A DNA stretch of 59,201 bases, filler included, from Porpidia crustulata (Eukaryota): the NCBI GenBank assembly GCA_964255105.1. It is 5 parts of 5 records of this genome, joined end to end, with 100 filler letters (N's around TTAATTAATTAA, not from the genome) between each part and the next. Parts side by side here need not be neighbours in the genome. Positions count along the whole stretch, not along the records: positions 1 to 11,790 come from CAXUWE010000603.1; positions 11,891 to 23,658 come from CAXUWE010000604.1; 3 more parts are not named here. One strand, given 5' to 3'. This document shows positions 1 to 12,270 of this stretch, one piece after another (position 1 is the stretch's first letter; the number at the start of each line of letters is the position of its first letter). The notes under the pieces were generated by a model, which was not told where the DNA came from, did not search any database, and saw only the letters and a program-made list of their open reading frames with translations. A program made the position numbers and the translations under genes.

Positions 1-640
1 TCATCCACCTCATCCACAACTCCACCCAATGAATTAATCGATTTTTATTTGCTTGAGCGCAGATGTGGGCGTTCTTGATCGGTGGTTGGGGGAAGGGGTT
101 GAGATGGGATGAGGGCTTTGAATGAAGCGGGGTGAATGGAGATCTAGCGCTTTGCATTGTAGGATATGATCTGGGGATATGGACTCAAAAACATTGACGG
201 ATTTCATTTCGCCACCGGAGAAAGCCCAAGCAGAGATAAAAACAGGGCGAGTCTAATAGTACGCGCTCAATTGCTTGCTTGTCGTGGCTGCCACAATGTA
301 GTCTCATCGGCTTAGGAGGATGAATAATTCGAGAATAGGATTTGGAGCTTCAATCGGTAGTGGAGATGGCAATCCAGTACTACAGGCTTGGGTTGGAAAA
401 TTGACTCATCGAGAATTATTATGGCAGGTACAAAGAAGGTAGATAGAGTCCTGAACCGTGTAGGCTGTGCTGGACGGCCATGAATCATAATGGCAAGGAC
501 GAGCCAAATGGAGCTTCAGCTGGGCGTTGATTACGTTGTAAGATTCAAAGACCGTTTTGATCTTGTCGAATTCCGGTCCTCTTCGGTGCTGCCTTCTTCT
601 CCCCCCAAATTATTTAGCTTTCCTCGGCCACTAAATTCGA

Positions 641-1687
641 TCATCTGAATTCACTGTTTAGATAATCGATAAACGAAGTGCGAATCCTATTTTTGGGTAA
701 ATTGCTTTGACGGTTGACGTTCATAAATTGCCGGCGAATCCGTTGCAGCTGTGGGAGGGATGTCGGGTTGGCTGGAAGCTCAATGGTATTTTCTTCTTTC
801 AATGTTCCACCACCTTCACCAGGGTGATCTCTTTGCCACTCCAAGATTTTATTCACAATCTCTTGGGATGCTTTGTCAAGCTCGTAGAGATAATCTGAGT
901 CTGCCGGCGGTTTCTTCCTTGCGTAGTTAGCTCGGTGGCAATAGATGGCTCGAGGTCAATTCAACGCACTATCATCGTTGCCGTATTGGGTTTCACCGTT
1001 TTCATATTCCCTTCAGATCCGATCAAAGCATCCCAGATAGCCTCAAAAGGCGGGGTCTCATCGTCGTAGGGTACTGTGAAGAGCGGGCTATCCCATCTAG
1101 TCATGCCATTCGGCTCTTCATACCTGTAGACCAAATTCTCGAAAATATCCTTGGCATAGCCTAATGTATTGCCTGAGTCTTCCAAAGCCTTCTCGTTGAC
1201 CTCGCGGCATTTATCAATCGATGTCCCCACATGGATCTCTTAGATGATAAGCCTAAGATCCTCTCTACGCCTCCGAAGCGTTCTCGAGGTCAAAACGTAC
1301 AACGCAGCTCGGAGTCTGCACAGCTTTGGCCTCGCAGTACAATTGATATCGAAACCCTTTGATGTAGTTCAAGCCATCGGCAATGACAATGGTGTCTCTC
1401 CCCAAGGCCCGCTTGACTGCAGAGTACTCCGCCGCCCGAGCGTCTTTCTCACTCCGCGCTTCGCGATAGACGCTGCGATTGATCCCAAGGCTTTCGTCGT
1501 TGATATGACACACACTGAGTCGGCTGGCGTGCAAGTCTACGGTGGCATCGATTTTTGATTTGAAAAATCGGATTAATTGCTCGGAACGATGGGTCTTGCC
1601 TGCGCAAGGGTAGCCTGAAATTAGGATTAACTTGGCTAGTCAGTAGAGTCTTTAATATGCCTGTACTACCATTTGACTTACTGGCAT
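641..1687 (-). CDS. KTI12: Kti12 / Elongator-associated P-loop protein (4 exons: 1687-1682, 1630-1301, 1236-970, 913-641)
   Basis: Spliced protein starts MP-LILISGYPCAGKT (P-loop). It contains DGLNYIKGFRYQLYCEAKA and RYEEPNGMTRWDSPLF and ends ...SFIDYLNSEFR. Three GT..AG introns restore the frame. Confidence 0.93.
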
Positions 1688-1979
1688 GGTGAAGATGATG
1701 TCAAGCACTACTGTTGTCGAGTTGTGTCGGACATTTTCTCAAGGGTTATAGATTTATCAAAGCGAAAGTCCAGGCATGTCACCCAAGCTTTTACCACCGT
1801 AGACTTTATTGCCACAGCCTTCTGACCATCACTATGACATTAGATGAATGTGATTGTAATATTGGTAATCTTATACTATCTGTGTAGTACATCCTGAGAG
1901 CTATCTACAACTGGCTAAAGCTATGAATTAACAGGAACCCATGTTGTGAGTTCCTGAACGTATGAGATTCCGTTTTGGA

Positions 1980-4050
1980 CTAGATGAATCGGAAGCCTCT
2001 GCCAATATCCAGATACATGGCTGCCTCTTCCTGAAAGGAGACCGGGCGATGATCTGATTTCGCTATTATTTCCGCGCTAGATTCATTCATCAATTTTGTT
2101 GTCAGGTCCTGACCTCTTCTCAAGCCCATCTCCTTGTCGCTGATGTTGACCTTTCTCGTAGATTCATCAGTCACCAAAGGACTGGCGTCTAGCTTCATAT
2201 CCGTCAAGCCTTCAAAACGCATCCATGGATCGAAGTTCACGAGAACAATTGCATTCTCCGGCTCTGAACTCTCTTTAGCTAAGTATATGATTGATCTCTC
2301 ATCTGATACGGCTCGGACTCCACCACCAATCGCCCGTTGACTTTTGAGGCGGATTTCAGGGCCAGGGAGTGGGTTCAACAAGTCTAGCAACTTTTCAGGC
2401 GCGTTCGCCCTGGGCCAAATGTTGATGCCTCTATTCGTGAAGCGATTCTCACTATCTTCGATTGGCACTCCATCAATCTCGTTCAACAAGGGCTGATGAA
2501 GAAGCCCTTCGGTATTGAGAGGCGACGATTGAATTCGAGATCCGACGCGAAGGCGAATCTGCTGTGTCCATTGCCCCCGTGGGTGATCGTCGTCATCAAT
2601 CACTAGATCTAGGAAAGCAGAGCAACTGCTGTTGTAGGCTCGATATTTTGTTTTCGCTAGGATGAAAGATTTGCTTCGAGACATCGCAACGTCGTCGGGA
2701 TATTCACTTTGGCAATTTTGATCTATACGCTGATGCGCCGCTTCGTAAAGGGGCCTACTGTTCTCGTCGAGCAGGCCAATAAGCGGATCCCCAGGTGGAA
2801 ACCTCATTGATGGGACTTCTGGTGGTGCAGATGTTAAGTCGCTAGGCGCGGCTGGGATGAGCATCCGATGATCGGGGACTTGTTCTGGTGTATACGGGTA
2901 TATGAGAGGTTGAAGGTAGTAAGTACGTCTCTGCACACTGCCTCCATCTTTCCATTCCCGTCGACACTCAGTAATAAGCGGATTACCAGTGCACTCATCT
3001 TTCTGCAATGAAAGTTCTGTCCAGGAGTCATGTATTACCCCTTCTCGATGTTGTCTTCGCCACAATTGCTTAGGTTCCAAAGATTGCGGCGATGGATCTT
3101 CAAGTGGGAAGCGATAGCAATGATAGTACGAGGTCCAGTCTATTTCTTCAACTTCCGCCGAAGACTGATTACAGATTGCATAGAAGAAACCATCATAGAT
3201 CTCGAAACTGACAGTCTGGCCGATGTCAATCCCAAACAGGTCTTTCAATTGCACGCATTTGTGCGCATGCTGGCTTGATAGGGATAGGTCCCAGCAAGTC
3301 AATTTCCATTCGTGATACCCATCATCACCCAAGCCATCATGTGAACCCACAAAGAGATACCGAGAGTCATTCCGGACCCAGATTCTAGGTGCCAGACCAT
3401 TGATGACCAGTCTGACTCTTGTAGCATGAGATATGTTGTCCTCGGTGCTGAGTACGACAAGCTGGGGATGGTACCGAGCATTGTAAACAACCTTGAGAGT
3501 AAGCATACGATCCTGATAATGAACGAGCTCAGTGCCAGTGACACGTGCGTCAGAGTTCATAGTCGCTAGGCCCAGCCATTCGAAGCCAAAAACTCTCTCG
3601 GTAGTCCGTACTCCATGGACATCAAGGATGCGGATTGTCTCTTGGTGAAGATAACACAGAATCCCATCTCGATATAAGAAAGAGCTTCCAAAGCCGAGTA
3701 GCAGAGCCGAAGAGGGTCGGGCTAAAGCAAATGCTTCTCTTCTGCAAAACGCTCTGTGTATAGCATTTGTGTACTTGATTTCGCCATCCTCGGCAAGCTG
3801 AGCTTCCTTGGAATAGCGAATAAGTCTCTACACCGCCTGATCAGTAATCGTGATGCTTCCTGACCGCATGTAAATTGCAGCTTGGGAAAGTCCAACGCAC
3901 TCTGACCCCTTTGCGATTGATCCCTTCCCCGTGAAGAGCCTCGAATATTTCCTTTCCTGTCCATTTCAAGTTCACAAAGTCTTCCAAGTTGAGGTAGGAC
4001 ACAATTTGGACCAAGATTTCGAGAGGTAATGCTGTGATGTTACAAATCAT
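1980..4050 (-). CDS. F-box domain protein (exon 1 4050-3901, intron, exon 2 ~3827-1980)
   Basis: N-terminal F-box motif ITALPLEILVQIVSYLNLEDFVNL. A GTGCGT..TAG intron joins it in frame to the 526-aa ORF 1980-3560. Confidence 0.8.
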
Positions 4051-6271
4051 TGCTACGAGTATGCTAGGGAATCCAAAACGTGGAGGACTGATAAGAGAAT
4101 TCTCATTATAAGTACAAGCTTGAGATTGACCACATGCTGGGGAAAGAAAATCAACGTAGATTCGATTTGAAGAACTCGTACCATCAACTGAAAGGCTACC
4201 AGATAGTAGCAGATCATGGTGGAAAACGAAAGGAAGAAGCGCAGTCCAGATGTAACGCAACGCCAGTACTAGAAAGTACGACCAGCATCATGGAAGGAAC
4301 AGAGCTGCAGGTTAGCACGAGGCTGAGGTTCATGATGCGTGACCCGTCCTGCCGAAGTATTTCACTTCCTAATTATCCAACCGTTAAGCAAGAGGTGGTA
4401 AGGGATCTATGAGCAGTCCTTACTCATCAGAGCCTCTGCTCCGTTAACGGCCCTCTACTAAAATTTGGGGACTCCGATCATCCTCGCACTCGTACATAGA
4501 CTAGACATGAAGTCCAAGCAACTGGTCCTTTTATTGAGGCTCTGCTGAAGCAAGGCAACCACGATAGGTCATTAGGCAAACTCCTCCGCTGCTTGAGGCT
4601 CTTAAGCTGACTTTTCATTGGACATCCATCCAGGCTAAAGCTTCCATTCGTGGATAAGCGTGGCGTGGACGAAGCGACCTTTCCTAGGGCAGTGCAGCAA
4701 AATACCCTAATGTGCCTCGGTATGTAAAGGGGGGGTAGGGGCTGGTGCACGGATGGACACATTCTCTTCGTCTGGTTATCGTGTCCATCCAGTAATCGAA
4801 TAATATCCCCACTACTACCCTACAGCCTAGGTTGTCGCATCTTACAGCTATTCTACGCCCCGCATCCTAGGTAAGCAAGTAATTTTCACCGTTAGTCGCC
4901 TAGCCTTGCGCTTCTTCCCATTGAGGCTCTTCGGCTATCCAGTGATCCCTCGAGGATTCTCGACAATGTTCGGACAACGCCCTGTTCAAGTTGATAGTCC
5001 CTCACCATCCGCTAGCTATGCCATCATGCGAACGACGCTTTCATAAGTCCAATTTACTACGCCGACAGTAAAGGCACCCTGCTTGTAGACCTTCGCCAAT
5101 TACGGACTGGGGAATTGTCATTTCAAGGAAACTCCCAAGAGAACGGCGTAAGCTTGCTGCAGATGGCTTGCAGCCAAAGGTTCTTTCACGCTCGAGATCC
5201 TCTGCCAAACCTCTAAGATAAGGATAAAAGCCTCAGTGTCGAAGTCAAAGCATGTTGACCATCCATATCGCAGCTTGGAAGGACTTCCCAGTGGACGCGG
5301 GCCAAGCCGAAAATTGGGAAAAGGCTACCAACAAGATCCGCGAACTGGCCATGACTCGATTCAGGCTTATCAAAGACGTAAGCTGATAGCAATCATTTTT
5401 GCCGTCGCATACCTAGAGCAATAGAAACCGTTCATAAGATATTGAAAGAAACCCTCGATCACACCTGCGGAATGGAAACACTCCGCCTAGCATTTGTAAA
5501 CATATTTTAAAGTTAATCCCGCAGGATAGAGGAGATACGTCCAGCAATTGTATGTGTATGTTGGCAATTCTGCTCGAGGGACTTTCCTTTCGCATACGTC
5601 GCCAATTTTTAGGCGCCACCATCTGTCGCCCTCCATCCAGGATCGATCGTCCGTGCAGGGGATGCCTGCTTTGCTGAATCTCGAGCAATATGTCTATGGA
5701 CTAGCTGCGAGTATTTCTTGTGTGAACCGACTGCTGCTTGATTCCCCCCTTAAAGCAGCATGGTCCTGTATTCTAATTCGTCAATCTAGATCATGGCTCT
5801 AACCTTATCCGTCAGGTAGAGATTGACTCTGGACGTAGGAAAGTCTATGGATGCGTTTAGGAAGAATTTCTCGTTATCTAAGAAGCATCGTTGAAAGGGA
5901 ACCAGTCGCTCAGAAGCAGCTCCTCTGCTGTTTTGGGTTAGGTTCCGTCAGAATTGCTGATTTGTAAGCTTAACTGTATATTACGTGTGAGGTATGTACT
6001 TCCGCGTGGTCCGGAGGTCGAACAGTACCCTCTCGTTTCGGACACCCTCCAATACACCATATGTATAATCCTTCTTCTCCCGGCTCTTGCATCACTTATC
6101 AGTATTTCCCATAATCTGAGAAGGTACAGAATCGAAAACCCCTAGCAGTACTCGGGCTTCTTATTTCATACGTCGAAGCTCGCTAGATTAGAGTTTTTGG
6201 ATTGCATGTTTCAAAGATTACATACTCGGACTCTGTCTTCTAGTCAAGGCCTCAAGGCACAAAGTGGAATA

Positions 6272-7249
6272 ATGGCCATGATGAAAGCAGCAGTGATTCA
6301 TGAAGCGGGCGGGCCGGACGTCCTCAATATTGAACAGAGGCCGATTCCTGAGCCTCAGGATGGACAGGTATTGATCCGAGTCAAGGCTTTCGGCCTCAAT
6401 CGATCGGAGATGTTCACCCGGCAAGGCCATTCGCCCGACGTGAAGTTTCCACGTATTCTTGGTATCGAAGCAGTTGGCATTGTCGAAAAAGCGCCTGGCA
6501 GCAGTTTCAAACAAGGCGACATAGTCGCGACAGCGATGGGTGGTATGGGGCGGACGTTTGACGGTGGCTACGCGGAATACACCCGAATTCCTGCCACACA
6601 AGTTCAACTTATCAAGACGAAGATAGCCTGGGAGACTCTCGGAGCCATCCCTGAGATGTTCGAGACTGCGTGGGGCTCTTTATTCCGGTGCCTTCACTTA
6701 CAGAAGGGTGATCGTCTACTGATTCGTGGGGGTACGACTTCGGTAGGCTTAGCAGCGGCAGCTATCGCTAAAAGTCATGGCGCATTTGTTGCAGCAACAA
6801 GTCGGAGAACTGATCGTGAGGATTTACTACGTGCAAGTGGCGTCGATAAAGTGTGGGTTGACGACGGGACGATTGCCGACCAGATCCGAAACGCATCCAT
6901 GGAAGGCTACGACAAAGTGCTTGAGCTTGTGGGTACGATAACTCTCCACGACTCACTCCGCTGCGCCAAGGAAGGTGGAGTCGTATGCGTGACCGGAATA
7001 GTAGGAGGCAAATGGACGATGGACAATTTGAACCCGATGGAGCTGATCCCTACGTCAGTCAATCTGACCTGCTACTCGGGTGGATCAGACGATTTCATGC
7101 AGACGCCGCTCGAGAAATTGGTCCAGCTGATCGAGAAGGGGGAGCTATATGTTGAGATTGGCAAAGTTTTCAGCCTTGATCAGATTGTGGAGGCGCATCG
7201 ATGCATGGAAGAGAACAAAGCTGGTGGAAAGATTGTGGTTCTGACATAG
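6272..7249 (+). CDS. Medium-chain dehydrogenase/reductase, NADPH:quinone oxidoreductase-like; intronless
   Basis: GroES-like N-terminus MKAAVIHEAGGPDVL..VLIRVKAFGLNRSE..PRILGIEAVG, nucleotide-binding LLIRGGTTSVGLAA, C-terminal EAHRCMEENKAGGKIVV. Start taken at the first ATG (6272); 6278 or 6281 are alternatives. Confidence 0.9.
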   Translation: MAMMKAAVIHEAGGPDVLNIEQRPIPEPQDGQVLIRVKAFGLNRSEMFTRQGHSPDVKFPRILGIEAVGIVEKAPGSSFKQGDIVATAMGGMGRTFDGGYAEYTRIPATQVQLIKTKIAWETLGAIPEMFETAWGSLFRCLHLQKGDRLLIRGGTTSVGLAAAAIAKSHGAFVAATSRRTDREDLLRASGVDKVWVDDGTIADQIRNASMEGYDKVLELVGTITLHDSLRCAKEGGVVCVTGIVGGKWTMDNLNPMELIPTSVNLTCYSGGSDDFMQTPLEKLVQLIEKGELYVEIGKVFSLDQIVEAHRCMEENKAGGKIVVLT

Positions 7250-7664
7250 TCGTACCTAGAGAATCCCGATGGAAATGGCCTTCTAGGCTAAACGATCTGC
7301 CAGATCCATTGCGTGATGTTGGGCGTTTGTTGCAGTGTTGCATACCATGTTCTAAGGAATTTGTAGTCACGGTGATGAATTTATGTTCGTCAAGCATCCC
7401 TCTAATCAAGTACCACCAAAAATTGGAAGGCAGAATTTCTGAGTAGAATGAACGGATTTTAATATCCAAGCAATAAATATATGGCTCGATTGCGAATTCG
7501 CGGCGTTATACACGCGGTCTGAAATTCCTTCTACAAGAGATGGGAGTGGGAGAGCTCTCAGATTGTCAGGTCGTCAGGTCGTAGAGCCTTGATATCGTTG
7601 AGGCTGGTGAGGGATCGAGTTGCTATGCTTCAGGCCGTGAGATCTTCATGTATACGTGAAGCCA

Positions 7665-10600
7665 TCAAGCCTCAAGGCGAGCTTTACACTCTGTTGTCCC
7701 GATCAATTGGTTACGCGCTTCGTCCAATATGACCGATGCTTCGGACTCGACTTGTGTCTCGGGAATAAAGAAATCCCAAAACCCGTGGGGCACGAAACTC
7801 GACCAATGAAGCATAAGCTCTTTCTCCGCAGCTTTCTCTTCCAATGTAGCTAGCTCTTTCACCGCGCTTTGGAATACCAGGGCCAGATTGATGAACCCAC
7901 CATGTCCGCCGTGTAAATCTCGGCGCCGCTCAAAGAAGTCCTTGAAAAAGGCATCTGTAAATCGCGCACCAATTGTATCAGGGATACTCCAAAGCGTTGA
8001 AACAGTCGAACTTGCTCCTGAGTGCAATAAGGCGGGGACAAGACCCATAACTTCGTCTCCGTAGCCGATCCTTGCACGTCCTCCTAAGCAGGCGATAAGG
8101 TTGACGTGAGTGCCTTTGGGGAAAGGAATGGTGAAAATCTCACGTGCTTTTAGTTTGTCGTGATTAAGATCGATGTAGTGGCCGAGTGGATCTGAAGCGT
8201 CCCACCAGACATGACTATGGATGTGTACAAGTCTTGAGGAGGACGCGCATTCTATAAAATGGGGCCGAGTAGCAGATTCGTCGAACGATGCGATGGTATC
8301 AAACCAGTTTGCAACGCGTTTTATAGAGTCACGACCAGCGGTATATTTCGCAAAGTTTGCGTTCTCGGGAATCCCATTCATGACGAGAGGCTGGAAAGAG
8401 TCTTTTGCCTCAAAAGCCAGCTGAGTGTTCCATAAACATACGCGCAGCAACGAATGGCTGTGGCTATAGAAGATTGGGTTTCTGTATATTATCGGTTGCC
8501 AACTCGATGCATCGTTGTTGAGCGTTTCAATCGCGTGAAGTGGAATCCGATGCAATGCTGCCGAAGGGCAAAATACTAGGATATCCCCGGGTTCGCTCAG
8601 GTCAAGCAAAGGTTGTACGAGCGCGTTCAAGTTACCCGTGTCCTTTGACCTTTGTTGAGACATGGAGCTATCAAGGTAGGTGGCGACCCAGTCGATCGGT
8701 TCAATTGTTCTGATATCGAGGGTCGTGACCGTGGGCACACGTCCAGATCTTGCTGTGAGTAGTAGAAGTGTGCCATCGCCGAATAAGTCGGGGACAACAT
8801 ACCAATCGACGAGCACGAGAGGCGTGTGGGCCACTAGAGTAATCCTCTCAACATCAGCCAAGGTCAAAGGCATGCCGTCTTTGAGGTCGCAAACTTCCCT
8901 AAGAAGTTGGTCTCTCTTCATCTCGTCCAGATGTAGGTCTAACTCATGGCGCAGCGCGTATCTTCGATGAGATTCTGCAGAAACGATCTGATTCTGTAGA
9001 GAGACCATCCTTTCGTATATAGGCCGACATTTTTCAGACGCCAGGATGTCTTTTAGAAGGGTTTCTGGGATGACACCTTCTTGCCCCATCGAAGTTGCAA
9101 GGGATCGTGCCTCGGCGCGTTGAACCCATTTCCACATCTCGATCCTTCTAGATTCATTTGGCTTAGAATTACCAGCAGCCAACAGTTGCATGGCGATTAC
9201 GGGGATTTTCCACCCGCCTTCGAGTGAGGTAGCTCGCTCCCTCTGTTCTAAGCCTTCCAGGTTCCGATTCCAGGTTGATTCCTGACGTTTGGAGGCAAAG
9301 AATTCCTCGGCTCGCTCGAGATTCTGCAGGCCAGACTTTCGAATTTGCTCCAACTCAATCTCTTCGAGACCCTCGCCTTTCCGCTGCTTCTGCAACCAGT
9401 AGATCCTTACAACACATAACTCGGCAGCCAATCGCTGCCTCAAATCTGTACAGCCCACCTCACCTTGAGCCTGATACACATCTATCGACTTTTGACATTT
9501 TAGCTGTGCTCTATCTATATAGAGTTTGGTTTCATCAATGTCCAATACATCCTGAGACGAATCAAAGTACAGATATAATTGGTCAGCAATACTTCCGTGC
9601 CACCACGCTGTTCTACGGGCTACAATGTTCTTCACTCGGGGAGGTAGTTCTTCAACCATCGATAGACATCTCTCGAGCTCTGATATTTTAGTGTCGATTG
9701 GCGTATTTAGGTCGCATACAGAATCTTTGCGGATCTCTTCGAGAATAACTCTTAAGTATTGCTGGCCGTTGTTAGCGAACCCAGAATCTCGTGAGAGCCA
9801 TTCACCTAGCGCGTCTGATCGTTCTTGCCAAGAACCTGCGCTTATTGGGACTTCTTCCTTGTCATTGCTTTGGAGATACAAGAAGAAATATGCATCTTCC
9901 GAAGAGATCACTTTGAGCTTCTGGACTAATGAATTGAGATCCGTGTCACAATTCGTAAATCCATGGCCACAAGCCCGTCGTCAAGGTCCATAATCATGTA
10001 ATCGAGCAACTTTTGTAGAGCTCGAAGTCGTGTTTGGCTTTTGTTACCGGCTGCGCCATACCAGTCCATGAAAAAGTTGTCCTCCTCGATATCTAAAGCA
10101 AACCTCAGCTCGGCATCCACATCGCCTCCCAATTTGGCCGGGAGCCCAAGAGAAGGCTTTGATCTTCTAACGCCGACTAAAGCTCCTAGTCGTTCGGGTA
10201 CTACTTTCTCAAGCTTCTCAATCTCGGCTTCTTCCAAAGCCATCCTGTCAGGATCGCCAAGCCGCTGGAAAGCCATCTTGCGTGTCCGGTGGATACCCAT
10301 GAGGCCATTCGGAAGATTGAAGCCTTCGTATCTTAACAAGAAGGCTTCAAGCCACTCTAGTGCTTTTCGAATATCCATGATATTGCTCGTCGCGGGTTGA
10401 AAAAAGTCCTGATGATCGAACAGCAAACTGCGTACATCTTCGTGTACCGTCTCCTGGTACATTTCTTGCTCTTGATGGAGACAGCGAAATTGAGCTTGGT
10501 AAAAACCAGTAGCATCTTTAAGGCTAAGTTCATATGCTGCCTCAGTTGCCTGGTGGTAGCAAGCCACAGTTGATGTATGACAGCAAGACTTCAAGACGTC

Positions 10601-11599
10601 AAGTAGCTGGACGCTCTCTTCAAAGTGTATTTTTGTATCATCATTGCCTCGATACCTCAGTCTGAGAAGCTTTATGTCAAGAAGAGGTGTTAAGGTCTCC
10701 TTTGGCCCGTATCGCGTGAGTTCACACCAAGTGTCGATCAGCTTGATAGCTTTCTGAAATTACATTTCTCCTTTCTCAGCTTCTCGACGTTCATAAAGGC
10801 TTTGTGCGAGGTAGATTTTCAAGTCTATTTCTATCCAAATAGATCGTTCCTTTGATAGAAATATATTTTTCTTAGTATGTTCCAAGAACCACAAAGTTGC
10901 GTCTGCACGCTCCATTGGTGGGAGGCGAGATCTCTCGACTCTAAAGAGAGAGAGAGCTTCGTTGAGCATCCCGCGCTCAAGCAGGGACATTCTCAAGTCT
11001 GTCAAACCTTGCCACGCCAGCAAGTCATGATTCGGCTTAGGAATCATCGCATGATCGTCTCCTACGTAAGTCGACGACAGGGACAGCTGGACGAATAGTA
11101 CAAGGAGAACATATTTCCTGACAAAATTGACCTTTCAGAGATCTTAGTAACGGGTCGACCAAATACATAACAAATCACTTACCTGAATATCTGTGTACTC
11201 CGTCACCGACACATCCCTTAGCCACTCTTTCGCTCTAGAGATTTCTTCTAACGGTGGCTCTTTTATGCCTTTGTGGGAAAGAATTGCAAATCCACGTAGC
11301 AAGTACATCAGTCGAAACTCTGCTTTATCTATGTCGGTATCATCTTTCTCTGTGTCAATCAAGGCTTCATTTAAAATTCTAAAAAGTAAGCCATATTTGA
11401 GTTGTCTTAGGGCGAGCTCGGCCATTCCAAGAACAATTACTGGGACGAGTCTGCATTCGTGTAGTTCTCTGTCAAATATTTGCGAAGCTTCAGCGTATGC
11501 ACCAAGGTTAGTCAGTTGGACAGCGCGCTCCAGATGCTGAATCTAAGTAAAGTCCAAAGAAGAGTATAACGAGCTGTTGATCCCATAGTATTGCGGCAT
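7665..11599 (-). pseudogene. Large helical-N-terminus / C-terminal CHAT (caspase-like) protease gene, disrupted
   Basis: C-terminal ORF has CHAT motifs: LVFCPSAALHRIPLHA, LVHIHSH (His), VNLIACLGG (Cys), GDEVMGLVPALLHSGASSTVSTLW, HWSSFV. Upstream frames run collinear from ATG 11599 with one intron (11182-11132). They carry in-frame TAG (11543-11545) and TAA (10760-10762) and a frame change near 9930-9985. Confidence 0.75.
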
Positions 11600-11790
11600 G
11601 GTCTCTATGACTAAACAAAAATAGACTTGTACACAACTACGATCTGGAGTATCGAAGTTTCATGTTGTAGAAAGATCGTATGCCTTTCTTATTGATCTTC
11701 TTCGAGGGAGGAAGGCGAGGCTGATTCTATATCCATTAGGAGTATTCCCGGGCCCGTGCACGTTCCGGTCCCCTGCACACCCCACTTTAC

Positions 11791-11890
11791 NNNNNNNNNN
11801 NNNNNNNNNNNNNNNNNNNNNNNNNNNNNNNNNNTTAATTAATTAANNNNNNNNNNNNNNNNNNNNNNNNNNNNNNNNNNNNNNNNNNNN
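11791..11890. other. Assembly gap with artificial TTAATTAATTAA spacer
   Basis: N-run flanking a six-frame stop linker, identical at all four gaps. Confidence 0.98.
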
Positions 11891-11892
11891 CC

Positions 11893-12270
11893 CGCAAGTC
11901 CCGCCTCGGCACCCAAACCTCCGCCCGCGCAGTCCGCTACTCCGCCGGCCCCCGCCCCGATCTCTTCCCCGAACCACCCAACGGCATCCTTCGCGTTCAA
12001 TGCACCGATGTTGTCAGCGAACCCGCCGCCAAACCAATACCCGAGGAGCAGCTACGATCAAGCTCGCCGTCTGTGGCCACGGCCGTCGCCTTTGCGGATC
12101 CGGACAAGCTGCCGGGTCTGGCGGGCGGCACCACTACCACGCAAGTGCGCGCGCCCGGCCGTTCTCATGTCCATTCCCGCGCCGATCACCTGGAGAGGAA
12201 ACATAGCCCGAGCGAGAGCGAAATGGGGATTATTCGGCATAGTTCCGATACGGAAAAGGGTCTAAGATGA
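11893..12270 (+). CDS. 3' end of an unidentified gene whose 5' part lies in the gap
   Basis: GC-rich frame open from the gap edge (RKSRLGTQTSARAVRYSAGPRPDLFPEPP...) to TGA at 12268-12270. No recognisable domain. Confidence 0.4.
   Translation, partial: RKSRLGTQTSARAVRYSAGPRPDLFPEPPNGILRVQCTDVVSEPAAKPIPEEQLRSSSPSVATAVAFADPDKLPGLAGGTTTTQVRAPGRSHVHSRADHLERKHSPSESEMGIIRHSSDTEKGLR

Noticed and set aside
4960..5800. Possible multi-exon gene between the F-box and MDR genes
   Set aside because: Protein-like patches and GTAAG donors exist, but I could not build a stop-free model or recognise a domain.
9921..9970. 50-nt intron that would repair the CHAT frameshift
   Set aside because: Donor GTGGCC is poor, there is no CTRAY branch site, and two upstream stops would remain.
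11835..11846. TTAATTAATTAA palindrome repeated four times in the window
   Set aside because: Always centred in a 100-base N gap, so it is a scaffolding linker and not biological.
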